Shown one piece after another: positions 1 to 7,591 of a stretch of DNA of 24,000 nucleotides. Source of the DNA: Kineococcus sp. NBC_00420. GTDB taxonomy: Bacteria; Actinomycetota; Actinomycetes; Actinomycetales; Kineococcaceae. Every line of letters begins with the position of its first letter. Within the stretch, counting starts at the first letter, position 1. Location: assembly GCF_036021035.1 (NCBI RefSeq), contig NZ_CP107930.1, forward strand, positions 4,526,006-4,550,005, read 5' to 3'. The notes under the pieces are model-generated. The model ran no database searches. It worked only from the letters and a program-made list of their open reading frames with translations, and was not told where the DNA came from. Made by a program: the position numbers and the translations under genes.

Positions 1-2
1 AG

Positions 3-980
3 GTGCACGCCCTCGGCCTGAAGTTCGGGATCCACGTCATGCGCGGGATCCCGCGCTCGGTGCCCGGGGTGGACGAGGTGGCCGACCGGACCAACGTGTG
101 CGAGTGGAACCCCGACATGTTCGGCCTCGACCACACGAACCCGGGCGCTCAGGCCTACTACGACTCGGTCCTGAGCCTCTACGCGCAGTGGGGCGTCGAC
201 TTCCTCAAGGTCGACGACATGCTCTGGCCCTACCAGGCCGTCGACATCGAGGCCTTCGCCGCCGCCATCCGGCGCTGCGGGCGGCCGATGGAACTCAGCC
301 TGTCGCCCGGACGTGACCTCTCCCTGTCGCGGTTGGACCACCTGCGCGAGCACGCCACGATGTGGCGGATCTGCGACGACCTGTGGGACCGGTGGGAGGA
401 CGTCGAGGCGAACTTCGCCCGGTTCGCGCGCTGGGCCCCGCACGCGGGGCCGCAGGGGTGGCCGGACGGCGACATGCTCCCGCTCGGTCGGGTGGGGATC
501 CGCGCCGAACGGGGGGAACCCCGGCACGACCGGTTGACGCCGGCCGAACGCAGGACCCTCATGACGTTGTGGGTGGTGGCCCGGTCGCCGTTGATGATCG
601 GCGGTGACCTGCCGACCTCGGACCCGGCGACGATCGCGTTGTTCACCAACCCCGACGTGCTCGCCGTCCTGTCCTCCACGGGGAACCGCGAGGTGTTCCG
701 GGAGGGACCGCTGGTGCTCTGGACGTCGCAGGGGGAGGGCGTCGGCTACGTCGCCGCCTTCAACCTGGGCCCGGAGCCCCTCGAGGTCGCCCTCGACAGC
801 CAGAACGTCGACCTGCCCGCGCGACTCGGCACCGTCGAGGAGTTGTGGACGGGGACACCCGTCTCGACGGTCCCGGTGACGGCGCAGGAGGACTCGACCC
901 GCGGCGTCGCGCCCGGCAGCACCGCGATCCCCGTCGTGCTCGCACCGCACGGTGCCGTGCTCTTGCGCCACACCCCCTGA
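3..980 (+). CDS. Clan GH-D / GH27-like alpha-galactosidase, C-terminal ~325 aa (5' end lies outside the window)
   Basis: The frame is open from the window edge to TGA at 978-980. GVDFLKVDDM resembles the GH27 nucleophile region (DYLKYDNC type) and WPDGDMLPLG resembles the acid/base region (DMLEVG type). Third-position GC is high in this frame. The overlapping ORFs are Arg/Pro-rich shadows. Confidence 0.75.
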   Translation: MHALGLKFGIHVMRGIPRSVPGVDEVADRTNVCEWNPDMFGLDHTNPGAQAYYDSVLSLYAQWGVDFLKVDDMLWPYQAVDIEAFAAAIRRCGRPMELSLSPGRDLSLSRLDHLREHATMWRICDDLWDRWEDVEANFARFARWAPHAGPQGWPDGDMLPLGRVGIRAERGEPRHDRLTPAERRTLMTLWVVARSPLMIGGDLPTSDPATIALFTNPDVLAVLSSTGNREVFREGPLVLWTSQGEGVGYVAAFNLGPEPLEVALDSQNVDLPARLGTVEELWTGTPVSTVPVTAQEDSTRGVAPGSTAIPVVLAPHGAVLLRHTP

Positions 981-988
981 CCCCCCAT

Positions 989-1057
989 CCCGGAGGGCGG
1001 AAACAACACCTTCCGCCCTCCGGGGAGGCGTTCGAGGGCGGAAAGTGTTGTTTCCGC
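989..1057. terminator. Bidirectional intrinsic terminator / nested inverted repeat between convergent genes
   Basis: Hairpin 1 has a 13-bp perfect stem, CCGGAGGGCGGAA (990-1002) with TTCCGCCCTCCGG (1011-1023). Hairpin 2 has a 7-bp stem, GCGGAAA (1038-1044) with TTTCCGC (1051-1057). The two units are also reverse complements of each other (about 24 nt, 1 mismatch). The element lies between the stop at 980 (+) and the stop at 1070 (-). Confidence 0.6.
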
Positions 1058-1069
1058 GGGGGAGAAGCG

Positions 1070-2233
1070 TCAGGTGTAGAGCGAGAAGGCCGGGTGGGCG
1101 CCGGTGAGGAAGTGGTCGCCGACCTCGCGCGCCTTGTACTGCACGGGGTCGTGCAGGGTGTGGGTGCGGACGTTGCGCCAGAACCGGTCGAACCCGAACC
1201 GGTTCGCCGACGCCCGGGCCCCGGTCACCTCGAAGATCGCCGACGTCGCCTCCAGGGCCAGGTCGGAGGACACGACCTTGAGGGCCGCGATCTCCTCCGC
1301 GACCTCGCCGCGTTCGGCCCAGGTCAGGTCCCCGCCGCGCTCGTGCGCCTGCGACAGCGACTCACCGACGCTGCGGCCCAGGGCCTCCGCCGCCCGCAGC
1401 CGGGCCACGAGCCGCCCGTACGTGGCGAGCACGTAGGGGTCCTCGACGGCCTTCTGCACGTCGGAGAGCAGCCACGGCCGTGACGACGTGCGGGTGTACT
1501 CCGCGGCGGCCTCCAAGGCCCCCCGGGTGACCCCGAGGTAGAAGTGCCCGAACGCGGCCTGGATCGCGGGCGTGACCAGCGACCCGAACGCCCCGCTCGT
1601 CGACGCCGAGCCGAGGACCGCGTCGGGTTCGACGCGAACGTCGTCGAAGCGCACCGAACCCGACGCGGACAGCCGCTGACCGAGGTTGTCCCAGTCGCCC
1701 CCCTTGACGAAACCCTCGGCCTCGCGGGGGACGACGACCAGCAGGTCCTCCCCGGTGTCGGTCAGGCCACCCACCACCGTGACGTCACCGACGCTCGCGC
1801 CGGTGGAGAAGTTCTTCGTGCCCCGCAACCGGTACCCGTCCCCGTCGCGGACGAGCTGCAGGTCCGGGTCGACGGGGTTCACCGAGTCGCCCCACAACCA
1901 CTGGTTCTCGGCCGTGGGCACACCCCAGCGGCGCCGGCCCGCGTCGTCGGCGACCCAGACGAGGTTGTGCGCGTTGACGTAGTGGTAGGCGAGCAGTTGC
2001 GCGATCGAGCCGTCGGCCCGGGCGATCTCGCGGACCACCTCGAGCGCGACCGACCACGGCAGGCCGGCCCCGCCGATCGTCGCGGGCAGCAGCACGTTCG
2101 GCAGGCCCGCCTTGCGCAGCAGTTCGGCCTCGGCGAACGGTTCGGCGTTCGCCCGGTCACGCTCGAGCGCGTCGAGGGCGAGGTGGTTCGCGACGTCGCG
2201 GGCGGCGTCGAGGACCTGGTTCCTGGTGGTCAT
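1070..2233 (-). CDS. SfnB/DszC-family acyl-CoA-dehydrogenase-like flavin oxidoreductase (387 aa)
   Basis: I trimmed the tracked ORF 1070..2551 to the ATG at 2233-2231 (MTTRNQVLDAARD...), which has GAGGAGA (2237-2243) 3 nt upstream. The part upstream of that ATG is Arg/Ser/Thr junk. It has an ACAD-type fold and the C-terminal motif FGFDRFWRNVRTHTLHDP, typical of the DszC/SfnB group. Confidence 0.85.
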   Translation of the reverse strand: MTTRNQVLDAARDVANHLALDALERDRANAEPFAEAELLRKAGLPNVLLPATIGGAGLPWSVALEVVREIARADGSIAQLLAYHYVNAHNLVWVADDAGRRRWGVPTAENQWLWGDSVNPVDPDLQLVRDGDGYRLRGTKNFSTGASVGDVTVVGGLTDTGEDLLVVVPREAEGFVKGGDWDNLGQRLSASGSVRFDDVRVEPDAVLGSASTSGAFGSLVTPAIQAAFGHFYLGVTRGALEAAAEYTRTSSRPWLLSDVQKAVEDPYVLATYGRLVARLRAAEALGRSVGESLSQAHERGGDLTWAERGEVAEEIAALKVVSSDLALEATSAIFEVTGARASANRFGFDRFWRNVRTHTLHDPVQYKAREVGDHFLTGAHPAFSLYT

Positions 2234-2246
2234 GGTTCTCCTCACA

Positions 2247-2266
2247 CCCACCCGTTCGCGGGTGGG
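2247..2266 (-). promoter_or_regulatory. Intercistronic stem-loop just upstream of the SfnB-like RBS
   Basis: An 8-bp perfect stem, CCCACCCG/CGGGTGGG, with loop TTCG. It lies in the 103-nt gap between the monooxygenase stop (2337) and the next start (2233). Its function is unknown; it could be an mRNA processing or stability element, or an attenuator. Confidence 0.3.
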
Positions 2267-2336
2267 AAGACGTCGAGCAGGGCGGAGAGGTTCGAGGACA
2301 CCGACGCCGCGGCGGAGTCGGCGGCGACGGGGGCCG

Positions 2337-3719
2337 TCACCGCGGCACCCGGGAGACCTTGTACGCCGCCGCCGGGTGGTCGTCGCGCACGTGGACCTGA
2401 CCCTTGCCGTAGATCGTCTCGCGCAGCGTCTCCCCCTCGTAGTCGCTGGGGTAGACGCCACGGCGTTGCAGCTCGGGGACGATGAACTCGACGATGTCCT
2501 CGAACGTGCCCGGGGTGACGGCGTAGGCGCAGTTGAACCCGTCGACGTCACCGACCTCGATCCAGCGCTGCAGTTCGTCCGCGACGGTGGTGGGGGAGCC
2601 GACGATCACGGCACCCATCCCCCCGATCCCCACCCAGTTCGCGATGTCGCGGGGCGTCCACTTCCGGTCCGGGTCGGCGGTGGAGAACGCCTCGACGGCG
2701 CTGCGGACGGCTTCCGTCTCGGCGTACTCCAGCGGCTCGTCCGGCGGGTAGCTCGCCAGGTCCAGCCCGCTCCAGCCGCCGTAGAGGTTCAGGGCGCCGT
2801 CGTAGCTGACGTACTGCGCGTAGTCCTCGTACTTCGCCCGCGCCTCCTCGTCGGTGGCCGCGGTGATGATCGTGACGAGCGTGAACACCTTGACGCTGCG
2901 CGGGTCGCGACCGGCCTGCGCGGCCGAGGCCCGGAGCCGGTCGACCCAGGGGCGCATGACCTCGGGACGCGTGGCGGTGTTGAAGATCGCCTCCCCGTGC
3001 CGGGCCGCGAACGCGATCCCCCGCGGGGAGGCACCGGCCTGGAAGATGACCGGCGTGCGCTGCGGGGACGGCGCGGTGAGCCCGATGCCGGGGACGTCGA
3101 AGAACCGGCCGTGGTGCTCGATCGGGTGGACCTTCGCCGGGTCGGTGAACACCCCCGCCTCCGCGTCGCGGACGACGGCGTCGTCCTCCCAGGAGCCCTC
3201 CCACAACTTGTAGACGACCTCCATGAACTCCTCGCCGAGCTCGTAGCGGTCGTCGTGGGTGATCTGGGTGGAGAGGCCGAGGTTCCTCGCGGCGGACTCG
3301 AGGTAGCTGGTCACGACGTTCCAGCCGACGCGACCGTTGGTGTAGTGGTCCAGCGTCGCCATCTTCCGGGCGAAGGAGTACGGCTGTTCGTAGGTCAGCG
3401 AGACGGTGACGCCGAACCCGAGGTGCTCGGTGACCGCACCCATCGCCGACACCGCGAGCAGCGGGTCGCCCACGGGGACCTGCGTCGACTCGCGCAGCGC
3501 CGTCTCGGGACCCTGCTGGTAGACGTCGTAGATCCCGAGGACGTCGGCGATGAAGAGCGAGTCGAACCTCCCGCGCTCCAGCAGCTTCGCGAGGTCGGTC
3601 CAGTAGCGGATGTCGTCGAAGCGGTGCGACTCGTCGGCCGGGTGCCTCCACAACCCGGGGGACTGGTGACCGACGCAGGTCATGTCGAAGGCGTTCAGGT
3701 GGATCCTGCGGTCGGTCAC
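2337..3719 (-). CDS. NtaA/SnaA/DszA-family LLM flavin-dependent monooxygenase (~460 aa)
   Basis: The N-terminus VTDRRIHLNAFDMTCVGHQSPGLWRHP is typical of the nitrilotriacetate-monooxygenase family of luciferase-like monooxygenases. My preferred start is GTG 3719-3717, with GAGGAG (3731-3726) 6 nt upstream. An alternative start is GTG 3743-3741, which forms a GTGA overlap with the upstream permease stop. Confidence 0.85.
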   Translation of the reverse strand: MTDRRIHLNAFDMTCVGHQSPGLWRHPADESHRFDDIRYWTDLAKLLERGRFDSLFIADVLGIYDVYQQGPETALRESTQVPVGDPLLAVSAMGAVTEHLGFGVTVSLTYEQPYSFARKMATLDHYTNGRVGWNVVTSYLESAARNLGLSTQITHDDRYELGEEFMEVVYKLWEGSWEDDAVVRDAEAGVFTDPAKVHPIEHHGRFFDVPGIGLTAPSPQRTPVIFQAGASPRGIAFAARHGEAIFNTATRPEVMRPWVDRLRASAAQAGRDPRSVKVFTLVTIITAATDEEARAKYEDYAQYVSYDGALNLYGGWSGLDLASYPPDEPLEYAETEAVRSAVEAFSTADPDRKWTPRDIANWVGIGGMGAVIVGSPTTVADELQRWIEVGDVDGFNCAYAVTPGTFEDIVEFIVPELQRRGVYPSDYEGETLRETIYGKGQVHVRDDHPAAAYKVSRVPR

Positions 3720-3739
3720 GGACGTCTCCTCGAACTCGG

Positions 3740-4558
3740 TCACTTGACGGCCCCGGCGGACAACCCACCGACGAGCCACTTCTGGGCCACCACCGCGAGC
3801 ACGTACATCGGGATGATCCCGACGAGCGACGCCGCGGCCTGCTGGCCGAACTGCACCGTGCGGTCACCCTGGAACAGCGACAACCCGACCGGCAGGGTCT
3901 GGCTGGAGGTGCTCTGCGAGAACGACACGGCGAAGAGGAACTCGTTGTAGGACAGGAACAGGCAGATCAGTAGGGCGGCGACGAGTCCGGGCGCCAGCAG
4001 CGGCAGCACCAGGTGCCACAGCCCCCTCGTCGTGGACAGGCCGTCGACCCAGCCGGCCTCCTCGACCTCCAGCGGGATGCGCCGCACGAAACCGTCGAGC
4101 AACCACACGGCGACGGGGACGTTGGCCAGGCCGTTGACCAGGACCAGCCCGATCGCGGAGTTCGTCAGGTCCGCCTGCTTGAGCAAGTAGTACAGCGGCA
4201 GGACCGCCACGATCGGCGGGGCGCAGTAGCTGGCCAGCAGCACCGTCTGCAGACGCTCACCGCGCGCCCCGGCCCGGGCGGTCACGTAGGCGGCGGGTAC
4301 CGCGACGATCGAGGTGAGCAGCGTCGCCCCGATCGCGACGACCCACGAGTTCGCGAGCATCGTCGAGAGCGGGACCGTCGCGAAGGCCTTGCTGAAGTTC
4401 GACCACACGAAGTTCGTCGGCAGCCAGCCGCCGTTGGCGATGTCGTCCACGCTGCGCAGCGACAGCGAGACCATGAACAGCATCGGCAGCAGCGCCACGA
4501 ACGCGACGGCCGCCAGGATCACGCGCAGACCGCTGCGGCGCAGCACGGCGCCGGTCAC
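3740..4558 (-). CDS. ABC transporter permease, MalG/CUT1-type (272 aa)
   Basis: This is the C-terminal part of tracked ORF 3740..5662. It has six hydrophobic segments and the EAA-loop motif EEAGWVDGLSTTRGLWHLVLP. The start GTG 4558-4556 overlaps the upstream stop TGA 4557-4555 (GTGA). Confidence 0.9.
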   Translation of the reverse strand: MTGAVLRRSGLRVILAAVAFVALLPMLFMVSLSLRSVDDIANGGWLPTNFVWSNFSKAFATVPLSTMLANSWVVAIGATLLTSIVAVPAAYVTARAGARGERLQTVLLASYCAPPIVAVLPLYYLLKQADLTNSAIGLVLVNGLANVPVAVWLLDGFVRRIPLEVEEAGWVDGLSTTRGLWHLVLPLLAPGLVAALLICLFLSYNEFLFAVSFSQSTSSQTLPVGLSLFQGDRTVQFGQQAAASLVGIIPMYVLAVVAQKWLVGGLSAGAVK

Positions 4559-5517
4559 CGGTCGGCCTTCACGGCACGCGAACGCACCAGCGTCACCACG
4601 GTGGTGAGGACCCCGACGACCAGGCCGAAGACCAGCGTCTCGGCGGCGGCCGTCCCGATCTCGTAGCTGCCGCGCATGCCCGTCCGGAAGATCTCGAAGC
4701 TGCTGACGATGGTGGAGACCCCCGGCCCGCCCTGGGTCACCACGGTCACCAGGTCGAAGACCTTCAACCCGATGACGAGTTCCAGCAGCAGGACCGAGAG
4801 GACGTTGGGGGCGACGACCGGCCAGACCACCGAGGTGAACGTGCGGAACGCACCGGCGCCGTCGAGGGAGGCCGCCTCGCGGAGTTCCTCGGGGACCCCC
4901 AGCAGGGCCGCGAAGACCAGCAGGGTCACCAGGGGCGTCCACTGCCAGACGTGCATGACGATCAACGCGGCGAAGGCTCCCACGCTGTCGCCCAACGGGT
5001 TCGCGCCGGGGAAGCCGATCGCCGAGAACAACCCGCCGAACGCGCCCCCGACCGGGGCGAGCATGAGCTTCCAGGCCACCCCGACCATGACGGGCGGCGT
5101 GACCAGGGGCAGCAGGAGGATCGTTCCCACCGCGCCGAACCGGGTCCCCCGCGCGTGCAGCAACAGGGCGAGGGCGATGCCGAGTCCCGTCGCGACCAGG
5201 GCGGCCACGACGGCGAAGACCACGGAACGGACCAGCGAACCCGCGAAGGCCAGCGACTCCCAGGCGTCGACGAAGTTGTCGACCCCCGTGAAGTGCTGGA
5301 GGGGTTTGCCCAGCGACGACTTCGTGAAGGCCAGGGCCACGACGAACACCGTCGGGTAGACCAGCATGAGCGCCAGCCCCGCGAGGCTGGGCGCGGCCAG
5401 CCACGTCGAGACGTGCCCCGGCCGGTGGCGGCCGGGGACCGCGCGCCGGGCCGCAGGATCGCGGCGACCCCGCCGCGGCCCGGGCACGGTGCGCTGCCCG
5501 TCCAGGAGCTGGCTCAT
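4555..5517 (-). CDS. ABC transporter permease, MalF/CUT1-type (320 aa)
   Basis: A multi-TM protein with the EAA loop EAASLDGAGAFRTFTSVVWP. The ATG 5517-5515 overlaps the SBP stop TGA 5516-5514 (ATGA). Confidence 0.9.
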   Translation of the reverse strand: MSQLLDGQRTVPGPRRGRRDPAARRAVPGRHRPGHVSTWLAAPSLAGLALMLVYPTVFVVALAFTKSSLGKPLQHFTGVDNFVDAWESLAFAGSLVRSVVFAVVAALVATGLGIALALLLHARGTRFGAVGTILLLPLVTPPVMVGVAWKLMLAPVGGAFGGLFSAIGFPGANPLGDSVGAFAALIVMHVWQWTPLVTLLVFAALLGVPEELREAASLDGAGAFRTFTSVVWPVVAPNVLSVLLLELVIGLKVFDLVTVVTQGGPGVSTIVSSFEIFRTGMRGSYEIGTAAAETLVFGLVVGVLTTVVTLVRSRAVKADR

Positions 5518-6890
5518 CCGAGTTCCTTCTCCCAGCTCTCAGCGGCCTTGTCGAGCGCGGCCTGCGGTTCCGTGGACCCCTGGATGGCGAGCGCCAGCTG
5601 GTCGACGAGGTCCTGCAGCGCCTTCGGCGCACCGGCCCGGCTCGGCCAGGCCAGCGGGTCACCGTCGAGACCCTCGCGGATGACGTCGGTCGCGATGCCC
5701 GCGGCCGTGGCGTAGTCGGTGGAGTCCAGGACGGTCTTGCGCGCCGGGTCGATCCCAGAACCCGCGGTGGAGGCGAGCAGCAGGTTGTTCTCCTGGTTCG
5801 TCGCCCACTTCACGAAGGCGGCGGACTTGTCGATCTGCTGGGAGGCGCTCGAGACGCCCAGGCCGAACCCGGCGTCCAGCGCGGTGCGCGCGGTCGTGTT
5901 CTTCCCGCCCACGGGGAGCGTGACCACGCCCCACTTGTCGACGATCTTCGAGCCGGCCGGGTCCTGCGCCTTCAGCCCGAGGTCGGTCCAGGTGTCGAGC
6001 ATCGCGCCCTGACCGGAGAGGAAGGCGGAGTTGGCCTGGTCGAAGCCGGTCTGCAGCGGTGTCGGCAGGGCCGCGGGGGAGACGTCGATGAGGTGCTGCA
6101 GCGCGGCCAGCCCCTCCGCCCCGTGGAACGCGGCCTTGCCGTCGGAGCCGACGAGCGTGCCGCCGTAGCCGGCGAGGCGGTTGATGAAGGAGCAGCCCAG
6201 GATCATCGGGACCTGCTGACCCTCGACGATCGCGCCGTAGACGCTGCCGCCGGAGTCCTGGGTGATCTTCGCGGCGACCGCGTCGTAGTCGTCCCAGGTG
6301 TTGGGCGGTTCGACGCCGTACTTCTCGAAGACCTCGGTGTTGTAGTAGAGGACGTGGGTGTCGCCGTCGAAGGGCAGGCCGTAGCGCTTGCCGTCGATCA
6401 GGGTGTACGGGTCGTAGATCGAGGGCAGGAAGTCGTCGGTCGCGATGTCGGTGTTCGCGCCGATCCAGTCCGTGAGGTCGACCAGGGCGCCGGCGTCGAC
6501 GAGCTGGCCGAGGCCGAAGTAGAAGTAGTCGAAGACGTCGAACTCCCCGTCGCCGCCCTGCACGTCCAGGATCTGCTTGCTCGTGAGCTGGTCGTAGGGG
6601 ATCGCCGTGACCTCGAGCTTCCCGCCGAACTCCGCCGCGAACTTCTTGCCGAGCAGGTCCGTGAAGGCCAGCACGTGCGGCTGGTTCACCATCAGCTTGA
6701 TCGTCGCCCCCTTGAGGTCGACGGCCTTCCCGGCGCTCAGGCCCGAGGAGGTGCTCTCGTCACCGCAGGCGGCCAGCGTGCCGGTGCCGGCGAGCGCGCC
6801 GAGGCCGAGAGCCCCGGAGAGGACCCGCCGACGGGACGCGAGGAGTCGGGAGGTGCTGGCGGGCAGGAGGGTGCGACGGGGCGCGGACAT
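5514..6890 (-). CDS. Extracellular solute-binding protein, family 1 (sugar/CUT1 type), Tat-signal lipoprotein (458 aa)
   Basis: The N-terminus has the twin-arginine stretch SRRRVLSG followed by the lipobox LAAC. The mature part looks like a sugar-type SBP (YDQL..., WTD..., C-terminal helices). GGAG (6901-6898) lies 7 nt upstream of ATG 6890. Confidence 0.9.
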   Translation of the reverse strand: MSAPRRTLLPASTSRLLASRRRVLSGALGLGALAGTGTLAACGDESTSSGLSAGKAVDLKGATIKLMVNQPHVLAFTDLLGKKFAAEFGGKLEVTAIPYDQLTSKQILDVQGGDGEFDVFDYFYFGLGQLVDAGALVDLTDWIGANTDIATDDFLPSIYDPYTLIDGKRYGLPFDGDTHVLYYNTEVFEKYGVEPPNTWDDYDAVAAKITQDSGGSVYGAIVEGQQVPMILGCSFINRLAGYGGTLVGSDGKAAFHGAEGLAALQHLIDVSPAALPTPLQTGFDQANSAFLSGQGAMLDTWTDLGLKAQDPAGSKIVDKWGVVTLPVGGKNTTARTALDAGFGLGVSSASQQIDKSAAFVKWATNQENNLLLASTAGSGIDPARKTVLDSTDYATAAGIATDVIREGLDGDPLAWPSRAGAPKALQDLVDQLALAIQGSTEPQAALDKAAESWEKELG

Positions 6891-6911
6891 GGGTGTGCTC
6901 CGGGGGGTAGG

Positions 6912-6928
6912 CGGACGGTGACCGTCCG
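6912..6928. promoter_or_regulatory. 17-nt perfect palindrome (candidate operator or 5'-UTR hairpin) upstream of the ABC operon
   Basis: CGGACGGT-G-ACCGTCCG has 8-bp arms around one central base. It lies 22-38 nt upstream of the SBP start codon, just distal to its RBS. Confidence 0.35.
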
Positions 6929-6993
6929 TCGGGGTGCGCGAGGGCGCGGGGGAGGAGGTCGAGCGAGGTGCTGCGGGGATGCGGCGGCGGTGC

Positions 6994-7113
6994 TCAGACC
7001 GCGCGCGGCGTCCCCCGGCGCATCGGAGCGCCCTGGCGACACGCCGTGGAGGCGGCGCGCGAGAAGTCGACGTGGAAGCGCCGGGTCAGGGTCGAGCGGG
7101 TACGGCTGATCAC
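6994..7113 (-). CDS. Candidate 39-aa basic small ORF / upstream ORF (VISRTRSTLTRRFHVDFSRAASTACRQGAPMRRGTPRAV)
   Basis: GTG 7113-7111 is preceded by a perfect GGAGGA (7125-7120) at 6-nt spacing. Third-position G/C is about 36 of 39 codons. It ends 103 nt upstream of the SBP start on the same strand. I recognise no homology, and in a high-GC genome this could be chance. Confidence 0.2.
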   Translation of the reverse strand: MISRTRSTLTRRFHVDFSRAASTACRQGAPMRRGTPRAV

Positions 7114-7591
7114 GCTGTTTCCTCCATCGCCCTGGCGGGAGCACCTGCCGCTGCGCGGTGGTTGCTGTGGCGTCGTCGAGCCAGGTCTCTCGGCCACTCT
7201 GGATGGTGTTGATCGGAGAGTAGCGGACCGCCGGCCCCCTTGGCGACGGTTGCCGCGGACGGCCCGGACCCGTCCTGGCGAGCTGTGCGACACTGACAGT
7301 GGTCGAGCGTTCCCTACACCGGGCGCCCGGCCCGCTGTCGAGACCGTCGCCCTGCGCGCGGGCTCCGGGGAGCGCCGCGGTCCAGTGGAAGGACCTCGCA
7401 GGCGCCCCGGGCCACACGCCGGACGTCGACCGCCGGCGGCACGGACGGAGCACGCGAAGAGCGCGAACCCGTCGGTGCACACAGAGGACTTCCGTCGGGT
7501 GCGGGACGACCCACCCGGCGATTCCGACCAGGACGCTCGCGCGGCCGTGGGTTCACCGGTGGAGCGGGCGCCGCGGGCGAGCGGAGCACCC

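Larger units (their letters stand above)
6891..7591. promoter_or_regulatory. ~700-bp divergent non-coding region: ABC-operon control region plus a long rne 5' leader
   Basis: I could not support any protein-like ORF here. The tracked ORFs 6934..7212, 7299..7595 and 6737..7480 are Arg/Pro/Gly-rich. GC drops locally around 7100-7300. It is bounded by the SBP ATG (6890, minus strand) and the rne GTG (7592, plus strand). Confidence 0.4.

Noticed and set aside
2234-2551. N-terminal extensions of tracked ORFs: 1070..2551, 3740..5662, 6968..10630, 10698..11090, 11414..13057, 15984..17837, 17193..17918, 17812..18372, 18294..19001 and 21828..23057.
   Set aside because: The upstream parts are compositionally junk and overlap neighbouring genes or terminators. 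They are followed by internal starts with good SD sequences, or with 4-nt overlaps, that give family-typical N-termini. I trimmed the coordinates to match.
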